In this document: positions 46,929-54,392 of the stretch, piece by piece | Numbering within the stretch: the stretch's first letter is position 1 | Layout of the letters: each line of letters opens with the position of its first letter | Origin: Planctomycetota bacterium | Lineage (GTDB): Bacteria > Planctomycetota > UBA1135 > UBA2386 | NCBI GenBank assembly: GCA_016794035.1 | Contig: JAEUHS010000044.1 | Span: 24,169-88,168, forward strand | Reading direction: 5' to 3' | DNA length: 64,000 bases | Translations under genes and position numbers: made by a program | The notes under the pieces: generated by a model | The model's input: only the letters and a program-made list of their open reading frames with translations | Databases searched by the model: none | Told to the model about the DNA's origin: nothing

Positions 46929-47068
46929 GGGGGCCCGCACGATCGCCGGGACGGGGTCCGCAGGCCAGGGCCTCGCTGCCACCGAAGCGGTCGCGATCCG
47001 GTTACCATCGGCGGTCGCCACCCGGGAACCTGCGCCGGCCGGCGCCGTCGATGCGCCGCTTTTGCCCC

Positions 47069-48031
47069 ATGACCATCTTCGATCGCCGTCGGTTCTTCTC
47101 CGCTGCCATGGCCGCCGCCGGCTTCACCGCGACCCGATCCTGGTGCACCGCGTGGTTTCTGCCGCAGGACCCCGATGGAACGGCGCGCGAACGACAGCTG
47201 CGCGCGGCGGTCGCGAAGGCCAGGGCCGAGGGCAAGCCGCTGCTGGTGTTCGTGGTGCCCGGCGATGGCACCGGCGAGGACCGGGCGGCGCAGAACGAAG
47301 CGGCGCTGCGCGGCCGCTGGTTCGGCGCGTTCCTGAACCACGGCGGGTCGCGGGCGCTGACGGAGCTGGCGCTGTGCGTGCCCGCCTGCGGCCGCATCGA
47401 CGAGGTGCGGCGGGTGACCGGGGCGAAGGCGATCGACGGTGCACCCCTGCTGCTGCTCGTCGATGCGACCGGCATCGGCGTCGAGGATGCGGCGCCGCCG
47501 AAGGTCACGCGGTTGGATCTGGACCTCGGCAGCCCGTTCGGGCAACACGGACGCTCGGAGGACTACGACCCGGCGGCGGACGAGCGCCGTGTCGAAGCGG
47601 GCATCGAGAAGCTGACCAAGGGCCTGCACCAGATCGTGCACCAGCACGGCGACAGCATGGCCGCGATGGCGGCCGCGGTCACGTCGCGCCTGTCGCCGGC
47701 GCAGGCGCAGACCCTGGCGGCGTGGTTCGGCGGCGGCGCGGCGCCGCCGGACGAACTGCTGGTCCGTTGCGCGGCCGAGGTGCGTCGCGCGATCGCCGAC
47801 CAGACGGACGAGCGGCGCGCCGCGCTGCAGCAGTCGCTGGTCGACGCGGTCGAACGCGAGATCGTGCACAAGCCGGTGCCGGGCGCGCGTTGGTACACCT
47901 CGGGCGGTTGCGGTTCGGAACCGGAGGAGAAGACGGCCGAGGAGAAGCAGAACGGCCGCATGATCGCCTGCGGCATGGGCATGGTGCCCACGCACTGCGA
48001 ACGGTTCCTGCAGTTGTTCACCGGGCAGTGA
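47069..48031 (+). CDS. Tat-signal protein, paralogue 1, with a C-terminal GCG-x18-CGMG-x-VP-x2-C module (candidate MNIO substrate)
   Basis: N-terminus MTIFDRRRFFSAAMAAAG. The C-terminus is PGARWYTSGGCGSEPEEKTAEEKQNGRMIACGMGMVPTHCERFLQLFTGQ. Paralogous to the next gene. Confidence 0.7.
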   Translation: MTIFDRRRFFSAAMAAAGFTATRSWCTAWFLPQDPDGTARERQLRAAVAKARAEGKPLLVFVVPGDGTGEDRAAQNEAALRGRWFGAFLNHGGSRALTELALCVPACGRIDEVRRVTGAKAIDGAPLLLLVDATGIGVEDAAPPKVTRLDLDLGSPFGQHGRSEDYDPAADERRVEAGIEKLTKGLHQIVHQHGDSMAAMAAAVTSRLSPAQAQTLAAWFGGGAAPPDELLVRCAAEVRRAIADQTDERRAALQQSLVDAVEREIVHKPVPGARWYTSGGCGSEPEEKTAEEKQNGRMIACGMGMVPTHCERFLQLFTGQ

Positions 48032-48047
48032 GCCGGAGACGCGCAGC

Positions 48048-48959
48048 ATGACGAACATCGATCGGCGCACCTGGTTCTCCTCGGCGGTCGCGGCGGCGGC
48101 GTTGACCGCCGTGCCCGATTGGCTGACGTTCTTCGCGCGCGACCGCCAGGATCCGAAGCCGCCGGCCACGCCCGGGCTGCGCGCGCGGCAGCTGCGCGCG
48201 GCCGCGGCGCAGGCGAAGGCCCAGGGCAGGCCGCTGCTGGCGTTCGTCGTGCCCGACGACGAGGCCGCCGCGTTCGCGCGCGGCCAATGGCTCGGCGCCT
48301 GGCTGATGCACGGCGGCGCCAGCGCCCGGCTCGATCTCGCCCTGTGTGTGCCGGCCGCGGCCAGCGCGGCGGAGCTCCGCGCGCTCGCACGGGTGCCGCT
48401 GCCGGACCCGGCGCCGGCGATGGTGCTGCTCGATGCGACCCTGCTCGACGACCCGGACGGGTTGGGCCTGAAGGCCACGCCGATCGAGGTCGACCTGCCG
48501 GCGGCGAGTCCGCCGGATCGTCCCGCGGACCTCGAGCGCCTGACGACGGCGCTGGCGGCGGCGTTGCCGCGGCACGCGGGCGCGCTCGACGCGATGGGGC
48601 AGCGCGTACGTGCGTCGCTTAGCGACGAGGCAGCGGACCGCGTGCTCGCCTGGCTCACGAGCAGCCGGAAGCTCGATGACGAGCTGCTGGTGCGCGCCAC
48701 GGCCTGGGTGCGCTGCACGCTGCCGAGCATGAAGGCCGAACGCGCGCGCACCGCGCAGGCGATGCTGCTGGCGGCGATCGAACGCGTGTGGATGCAGCGG
48801 CCGTTGCCCGGTGCGAGGTGGGGGCGAACCGAAGGCTGCGGCGTCGAGATCGAGGACCCCGAGGCGCCGGGCGGCGTGATCGGCGCCGGCGTCGAATGCG
48901 GCATGGGCCGGGTGCCCGAGGTCTGCCGGCGCTTCCTGGTGTTCTACACCGGGTCCTGA
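48048..48959 (+). CDS. Tat-signal protein, paralogue 2, with the same C-terminal Cys module
   Basis: GGAG RBS. N-terminus MTNIDRRTWFSSAVAAAA. The C-terminus is PGARWGRTEGCGVEIEDPEAPGGVIGAGVECGMGRVPEVCRRFLVFYTGS. Its stop abuts the next ATG. Confidence 0.7.
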   Translation: MTNIDRRTWFSSAVAAAALTAVPDWLTFFARDRQDPKPPATPGLRARQLRAAAAQAKAQGRPLLAFVVPDDEAAAFARGQWLGAWLMHGGASARLDLALCVPAAASAAELRALARVPLPDPAPAMVLLDATLLDDPDGLGLKATPIEVDLPAASPPDRPADLERLTTALAAALPRHAGALDAMGQRVRASLSDEAADRVLAWLTSSRKLDDELLVRATAWVRCTLPSMKAERARTAQAMLLAAIERVWMQRPLPGARWGRTEGCGVEIEDPEAPGGVIGAGVECGMGRVPEVCRRFLVFYTGS

Positions 48960-49838
48960 ATGACGGCGCGCGTCGGGTTCTCGCTGCAGCCGGACACCGA
49001 GTTCCTCGGCCTGCTCGAGCCGGTGCTGCGCGACGCCGACTACTTCGAGATCACGCCCGAGACGACGTGGCGCCGCGGCGGCGACGGCGGCTGGGTGCCC
49101 AACGGTTTCCACCGCGAGTTCCGGCGGCTCGGCGACGAACTGCACACGCCGTTCGTCGGCCACGCCGTGCACGGCAGCTTCGGCACCGCCGATCCGCGCG
49201 ATCGCGAACGCCAGGCGGCGTGGCAGCAGCGCATCGCCGCCGACCACGCGGTGTTCGACTTCCAGTGGTTCACCGACCACCTCGGCGCCGCGGTGCTGGA
49301 CCAACGCGCGCTGACCCTGCCGATCGCGCTGCCGATGCACGACGCCATGGCGCAGATCGTGCGCGAGCGGCTGGTGGCGCTGCAGCAGGTGGTGCCCGAC
49401 GTCGGCGTCGAGAACAGCGTGTTCTACTTCCTGCTCGGCGACTGGCTCGACGAGCCGGACTTCCTCGCACGCGTGCTGGCCGCGCCGCGCACGCACCTGC
49501 TGCTGGACCTGCACAACGTGTGGACGATGGCGCAGAACGTCGGTGCCGATGCGCAGGCGTGGCTCGACCGCCTCGACTGCTCGCGCGTGATCGAGATCCA
49601 CCTGTCCGGCGGCGAACGCAGCCAACCCGGCTGGCTGCCCGACGGTCGCACGCTGCGCCTCGACAGCCACGACCACGCCGTGCCCGACGAGGTCTGGGCG
49701 CTGTTCGAAGAGGTGCTGCCGCGCTGCACGAACCTGCGCGGTGTCACGCTCGAACGCATGGAGGGCAGCGTCGCGGCCGGCGACGTGTCGCAGGTGCAGG
49801 CCGAACTGCGTCGCATCCGCGAGGTGCTACGTGGCTGA
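48960..49838 (+). CDS. DUF692 / multinuclear non-haem iron oxidative enzyme (MNIO, MbnB/HvfB/BufB-like)
   Basis: TIM-barrel landmarks YFEITPE, HAVHGSFG, FTDHLG, VENSVFY, LLDLHN, EIHLSGG and DSHDHAVPDEVW. Confidence 0.75.
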   Translation: MTARVGFSLQPDTEFLGLLEPVLRDADYFEITPETTWRRGGDGGWVPNGFHREFRRLGDELHTPFVGHAVHGSFGTADPRDRERQAAWQQRIAADHAVFDFQWFTDHLGAAVLDQRALTLPIALPMHDAMAQIVRERLVALQQVVPDVGVENSVFYFLLGDWLDEPDFLARVLAAPRTHLLLDLHNVWTMAQNVGADAQAWLDRLDCSRVIEIHLSGGERSQPGWLPDGRTLRLDSHDHAVPDEVWALFEEVLPRCTNLRGVTLERMEGSVAAGDVSQVQAELRRIREVLRG

Positions 49839-50181
49839 TGTCGACGACCTCGTGCGCCAGCAGGCGCTGCTCGCCGACCTGCTGACGGCGCCGGATCCGG
49901 TCGCCGCGCTGCGCGAACGCCTGGCCGTCTCGCACGCGGATCCGACGCTGCGCGCGATCGACGAAGACGGCCTGCGCATTGCCGCGCTGCTGGTCGTCAA
50001 GCTGCGCTTCCAACGCCTGACCAACGGCTCGCGCCTGGCGAACGAGTGGTTCGAGCGCGATGCGCGCGGGTTCACCGACGCGTTTCGCGCCTATCACCGG
50101 GACGTGCCGCCGACGGCGCTCGATCCGTGGCGTGAGGCGGCGTCGTTTCACCAGTGGTGCACGGCTCGCGAGGAGTCTTGA
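49831..50181 (+). CDS. Short (116-aa) putative MNIO partner protein (DUF2063/MbnC-like?), possibly truncated
   Basis: The GTG start overlaps the MNIO stop by 8 nt. GC3 is high. Its position matches the partner slot of MNIO operons. Similarity to the DUF2063 N-domain is judged only loosely by eye. Confidence 0.4.
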   Translation: MADVDDLVRQQALLADLLTAPDPVAALRERLAVSHADPTLRAIDEDGLRIAALLVVKLRFQRLTNGSRLANEWFERDARGFTDAFRAYHRDVPPTALDPWREAASFHQWCTAREES

Positions 50182-50234
50182 GCCGTGCTCCTCGACGAGG
50201 CTGATGCCGTCACTCATGGATCAGCTTGACAATT

Positions 50235-50246
50235 GGGGGGGGGGGG
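50235..50246 (+). repeat. G12 homopolymer tract
   Basis: Twelve consecutive G. A TTGACA hexamer (50226-50231) lies 3 nt upstream, and TATG (ATG 50248) follows immediately. It sits at the high-GC/lower-GC junction. Confidence 0.95.
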
Positions 50247-50247
50247 T

Positions 50248-50724
50248 ATGCTGCTGCGGATGAAGGGACGACTCGCGGCGTTGACTCTCGCAGTCCTCAC
50301 GTCGGCTGGTATCCGGGCGCAGGAATGCCCGCCCGTGCCCCTGTATCAGGTCTTCGGCCCGTGGCCACCTGGCTACCCTGATACCAGCAACACCTTCTGG
50401 CTGCCCGGCCCGTCGGTGCCGGGAAACTGCCCGAACGAGCCATGTCGGTTCTACGCATGGATCCACGTCGAGATCTACACTCCGAGCCCGACAGGACCCG
50501 ATGTTACCGTCCAAGTGTGCCAGCGAACCAACACTTCCTTCGCATGCGGTCCTTTCCCGATTCCGCACGACGCGTCCCTGCCCGCATGGACCCAGATGGC
50601 GGAGGGCGACCTCAAGTGGGAGATCGCATGCGGAGAGTTCCTCCAGCAGGAACTCCAGATGGATACCCCGATCGGCTTCCTGACGTTCATTCAGGTGTCG
50701 CTCACATGCAGAACCTGCATCTGA
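50248..50724 (+). CDS. Secreted 8-Cys small protein, unknown function
   Basis: Signal peptide MLLRMKGRLAALTLAVLTSAGIRAQE. Eight Cys, including two ACG. Codon usage is visibly less GC3-biased than the flanks. Confidence 0.55.
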   Translation: MLLRMKGRLAALTLAVLTSAGIRAQECPPVPLYQVFGPWPPGYPDTSNTFWLPGPSVPGNCPNEPCRFYAWIHVEIYTPSPTGPDVTVQVCQRTNTSFACGPFPIPHDASLPAWTQMAEGDLKWEIACGEFLQQELQMDTPIGFLTFIQVSLTCRTCI

Positions 50725-50751
50725 GTTGATTGCTCCCGACCGCTTCTCCAC

Positions 50752-51564
50752 ATGAAAGGGCGATCGCTAGTAGCAGTCGGCTTGCTGCTTGCCGTGGCAG
50801 CGGTCACGCTTCTGATTGCCTTGAGGGCCCCTGGCGAATCACCAATCACGCCCTCGATTGGTTCTGCGGAGCCAGAGCGCCCTGCGCCCCCAAGCCAGGG
50901 TCTGGCCGGTTCGTCGGCCGACATACCAAGAGCCACGAGAGAGCCCTTTGCCGTCTTTGCGCCAACGGCAGCTGCACCAAACCTCACGTATGAAGGGTTC
51001 CTGCTTCAGTTCGTGTCGCGCGCCCTTCCTGACGATGCCAAGTCGAGCCTGTCGTCCGGAGAGCCTTCCGCGGACATGATGGCAGGCAACAAGAGCATCA
51101 ACCCGGGTCGCAAGCAGCTCGACGCCGAGCAAGCGGTTCGTCTAGAGAAAATGCTGAACGCACAGGCGGTCGAGGAGCAGGCGCTCCAGAGAGAGGACCG
51201 CCGCCTGTCGCGAGAGGCGCTCGTCCGTGCCATCGAGCGCGGCCAATTCGTCGCCAAGGAGCAGCCCGAGCTCACGGCAACCGACCCCGATCAGATGATG
51301 TTGGAGATTCGCCGGGCGCGTGAACGTTCTTCGCAAGACCAGAAGGCAACCATGGAAGCGCTGACGGCGCGCCTGGGAGAGCCGATGAAGGACTGGGCGT
51401 ATTCGCTCCAGACCACGCGAGAGCCGGACGGTGTGCCGCGCCAGACCGTGATCTGGTTTACGCGGGCTGCGGACCCGCAGGTCTTCGAGGTCCGCGATCG
51501 CCTTTCCGAGTTGCGGCGCCAGCAACGCGAAGACCTCAAGCAGTTCTTCGCGCGTCTGCCGTGA
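50752..51564 (+). CDS. N-terminally anchored Pro-rich/coiled-coil protein, unknown function
   Basis: TM helix LVAVGLLLAVAAVTLLIAL, then a charged helical region. Lower-GC codon usage. Confidence 0.5.
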   Translation: MKGRSLVAVGLLLAVAAVTLLIALRAPGESPITPSIGSAEPERPAPPSQGLAGSSADIPRATREPFAVFAPTAAAPNLTYEGFLLQFVSRALPDDAKSSLSSGEPSADMMAGNKSINPGRKQLDAEQAVRLEKMLNAQAVEEQALQREDRRLSREALVRAIERGQFVAKEQPELTATDPDQMMLEIRRARERSSQDQKATMEALTARLGEPMKDWAYSLQTTREPDGVPRQTVIWFTRAADPQVFEVRDRLSELRRQQREDLKQFFARLP

Positions 51565-51567
51565 CGT

Positions 51568-51903
51568 CTACACGCTGAACTTGAAGTGCAGCACGTCGCC
51601 GTCCTGGACGACGTATTCCTTGCCCTCGATGCGATACAGCCCCTTCTCGCGCGCCGCTGCGACGCTGCCGCACTTGACCAGGTCCGCGTAGGCGACGGTC
51701 TCGGCCTTGATGAAGCCGCGTTCGAAGTCGCTGTGGCTCACGCCCGCGGCCTTCGGCGCCGTGTCGCCCTGGTGGATCGTCCAGGCGCGCACTTCTTTCT
51801 CGCCGGCGGTGAAGTAGGTGCGCAGGCCGAGCAGGTGGTAGGTCGCCTTGATCAGCGCGCCGACGCCGGACTCCTGCACGCCGAGATTGTGCACCTGTTG
51901 CAA
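51568..51903 (-). pseudogene. Detached 3' fragment of ychF (C-terminal roughly 105 codons only)
   Basis: Encodes ...[57 protein letters not shown]...HFKFSV. This is near-identical to the C-terminus of the intact ychF at 54393. It lacks the G domain. Confidence 0.85.
51572..51885. repeat. Direct repeat copy A (314 bp, ychF 3' end)
   Basis: Aligns colinearly with 54397-54710. I count about 11 mismatches by eye. Almost all are synonymous third-position changes, and one gives Ile to Ser. Confidence 0.9.
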
Positions 51904-51988
51904 GAGCGGGTTGCGGTTGGCGGTCGGGAGTTCAGACCGTCATCGCTGTTGTGGCGGTGACGCGGGGGCTTGACACCAACTCAGCGGC

Positions 51989-52636
51989 ATGTCGATGATC
52001 CCGATCTGGTTGGAGGAAGATGTGACGAGCCCCGAGCCCCGAGCTGGCCAGGCCTTGTGGCTGGATGTGACACTCATCCAGCCCATCGTTGCAGAGGCAG
52101 CGGCGAGAGTGGCGCGTGATGCCACAGATCGTGACGACCTAATCCAGGAGGTCAATCTGAGCCTCCTGAGCCGGCCTGTACACACGGAAGCGCTGAAGAA
52201 CGTTCGCGCCTACGTCATCCGAATGGTGAGGAACCGGCACCTGAACGACGCAGCTGCCCGTGCGCGCCGGGGCCGAGAGGTGGCCTACGACACGGATTTG
52301 CTCCCTGCATCAGATCGAGACCCACGTACGGAAACCACGGAGGGGATCGACCGCGTCCTGGCAGCGCTTGGGCCGCGTGAGGCCCAGGTTCTTCAGGCAT
52401 GGCTGTGCGACCCGGTCATCAAGTCGGTTGCCCGAGCGCTTTATCTGGACGTCCGGCAGGTAAAGCGCTCGCTCGCAAGGTGTGCCCATACCGTGATGCA
52501 GTTCATCCGATGTTGCGATTCTTGTCCCCCTGCCTTGTCTCTGGATGGTGAGGTTGTCGTCCGACAGCCATCTGCTCGTCAATGCCATCCAGGAGATGGA
52601 AAGGAAGGAACAGCATGCCAAGCCGAGCTTCCCTAG
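51989..52636 (+). CDS. ECF-like sigma factor (divergent)
   Basis: Region-2-like DDLIQEVNLSLL ... VRAYVIRMVRNRHLND, and region-4-like LGPREAQVLQAWL...SVARALYLDVRQVKRSLARC. The start is uncertain. Confidence 0.55.
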   Translation: MSMIPIWLEEDVTSPEPRAGQALWLDVTLIQPIVAEAAARVARDATDRDDLIQEVNLSLLSRPVHTEALKNVRAYVIRMVRNRHLNDAAARARRGREVAYDTDLLPASDRDPRTETTEGIDRVLAALGPREAQVLQAWLCDPVIKSVARALYLDVRQVKRSLARCAHTVMQFIRCCDSCPPALSLDGEVVVRQPSARQCHPGDGKEGTACQAELP

Positions 52637-52965
52637 TGGCGGGACTCTTGGTCCCCTCTCTCTTGATGGGCGCGGTGTTCGCCCAACAGCACTCCAGCCA
52701 GGACTACACGAACTTACAGTGGGTCACCGCTGTGAAGGGAATCAAAACGGGGAGCGCCGTGACATCGTCGACCTACGACTCTGTTGACTACTGGGTTATC
52801 TGGCGCGATGGGCAGTATCTCTTGCGCGTGCGCAAGGACGACCCATCGCTCAGCCAGGGCGAATCGGATCTGCTCAAGCAAGCGCAAGACAACAACGAAG
52901 GAGTAGACGTCGAGATTGGCGATGACAACGGTCCCGTCGTAGATGGCGTCACCATTCGTCCATGA
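52615..52965 (+). CDS. Small secreted protein, unknown function
   Basis: AGGAAGG RBS before ATG 52615. Signal peptide MPSRASLVAGLLVPSLLMGAVFAQQ. Confidence 0.55.
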   Translation: MPSRASLVAGLLVPSLLMGAVFAQQHSSQDYTNLQWVTAVKGIKTGSAVTSSTYDSVDYWVIWRDGQYLLRVRKDDPSLSQGESDLLKQAQDNNEGVDVEIGDDNGPVVDGVTIRP

Positions 52966-54350
52966 ACTCTCCGTCAGCCGTTGCGTCGGCGTTGCTGGTC
53001 CTGAGCTTGGCTGGGCTCGGGATTTGGTACCTGCTTTCGAGCGATGGGCTGTCCGTGCCGGTGGGCCCCGAGGCGACGCCCATTCCATCGGATCCCGCCA
53101 CCCGCGAGGACGCAGCGGTTGTTCCGGTGCGGACCGCGGCCAGTCAGATTGCCGCATTGAACCCCAACGATGGTGCACCGAGTGTGAGTGTGCGCGTCTT
53201 GGACGTGGACCGGCACGACCCGGTAGCTGGCGTTGCCGTGCGCATCGAGGCCGAAGGTAGGCACTGCAACGCGATGACCGATTTCGATGGGTGGTGCGAA
53301 CTGGCATGGCCTGCACCTTCCGAGTCGGCGCAGTTGTCAGCAAGCTCCGACGATGGCTTGGTCCTGGACACCCCGCGACGAATCACCCGCGGTGATCGGC
53401 TCTGCAACTTGGCCTTTGCGCGAACGATCACGCTGTTCGGGGTGGTGCGCGATTCGCGTGGTGGGGGAGTGGCACACGCCCGGGTCTACCTAGCTGTGCC
53501 AAGACTGGAGAATTCCGGGAAGGCCCGGCTGGAGTCGAGTCTCCTAGCGCACGCCGACGCGGCAGGTCTGTACCGAGTGCAGCTGCGGCACGGTTGGCCA
53601 GCTGGCTCCCACCTGGTTGCTGTGGCCCGTCCATATGCTCCTGCCGTGGGTAGTCTATCCAACATCCAAGCCAGCACTACGCAGGTCGACCTGCAGTTCG
53701 CCGAGGGCTCGATCTTGCGAGTCCGTGTGCTGGATGAAGGTGGCCAAGGCGTTCCTCGCTGCAGGCTGAGAGTGATGACCGCGAGTTCCCCACTGCTCAG
53801 CGAATGGACGCCGGATGAGGTCCCGGAGGGCGCTGGCGGCGACCTGGGGCTCGTATCGCAACTGGTGGAAACCGACGAGACTGGGACCGCCACGGTTGCC
53901 GACTGGCCGGTGGGCCGCGATGCGATGGTACGAGTCTTCAACGAGCGGAATCGTCGTTTTTGCGTTATCGAAGCACCGGGAGTCGTCAGGGAGTCCGGTC
54001 GCCCCACGACGATTGCAGCGAACGAAGCTTCGAACGCGCAGATTCGCGTACGGGTCGAGACTCGGACGGCCGTGCAAGTCACGGGTCACTTGGAGGGCTT
54101 CTCGATGGGTGAGGCCGCACGACTCATTGTCACCCGGATCGGCGGCGACGGCGGGAACGAGATCGGGAGCATGCGTCTGTCGGAGGCCGGTGCCTTCGAG
54201 GCTCAGTTCAGCCAGTGGAGACGTGATCAAGGAGGGAGTTTCAAGCTCACGCTCCAGGCGGCGATGCGGGGGGGCGATTGGCAGCAAGAACTGGGGACCT
54301 ACGAAATTCACGGCGACCCGGTGCTGTCGGGAGTGATCATCCGCAGGTAG
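52962..54350 (+). CDS. N-terminally anchored protein with CarboxypepD_reg-like modules
   Basis: ATGA overlap with the upstream gene. TM helix ALLVLSLAGLGIWYLL. Modules such as VRVLDVDRHDPVAGVAVRIE, GVVRDSRGGGVAHARVYL and VRVLDEGGQGVPRCRLRV. Confidence 0.6.
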   Translation: MNSPSAVASALLVLSLAGLGIWYLLSSDGLSVPVGPEATPIPSDPATREDAAVVPVRTAASQIAALNPNDGAPSVSVRVLDVDRHDPVAGVAVRIEAEGRHCNAMTDFDGWCELAWPAPSESAQLSASSDDGLVLDTPRRITRGDRLCNLAFARTITLFGVVRDSRGGGVAHARVYLAVPRLENSGKARLESSLLAHADAAGLYRVQLRHGWPAGSHLVAVARPYAPAVGSLSNIQASTTQVDLQFAEGSILRVRVLDEGGQGVPRCRLRVMTASSPLLSEWTPDEVPEGAGGDLGLVSQLVETDETGTATVADWPVGRDAMVRVFNERNRRFCVIEAPGVVRESGRPTTIAANEASNAQIRVRVETRTAVQVTGHLEGFSMGEAARLIVTRIGGDGGNEIGSMRLSEAGAFEAQFSQWRRDQGGSFKLTLQAAMRGGDWQQELGTYEIHGDPVLSGVIIRR

Positions 54351-54392
54351 CGGGGTAGCCCGCAACCCGAGGGCCGGGAGACGGTCACCGGC

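Noticed and set aside
51568-51903. 111-aa ORF that could be taken for a small independent gene
   Set aside because: It is only the C-terminal part of YchF (no P-loop or G domain), with a few unrelated N-terminal codons. I treat it as a pseudogene or repeat remnant.
51970-51975. Second GCTTGACA box at the left edge of the repeat-bracketed cassette, similar to the one at 50224-50231
   Set aside because: It lies only 13 nt before the annotated ATG, so it cannot serve that start as a -35 box. An 8-nt match occurring twice is weak evidence, so I note it but do not call it a promoter.
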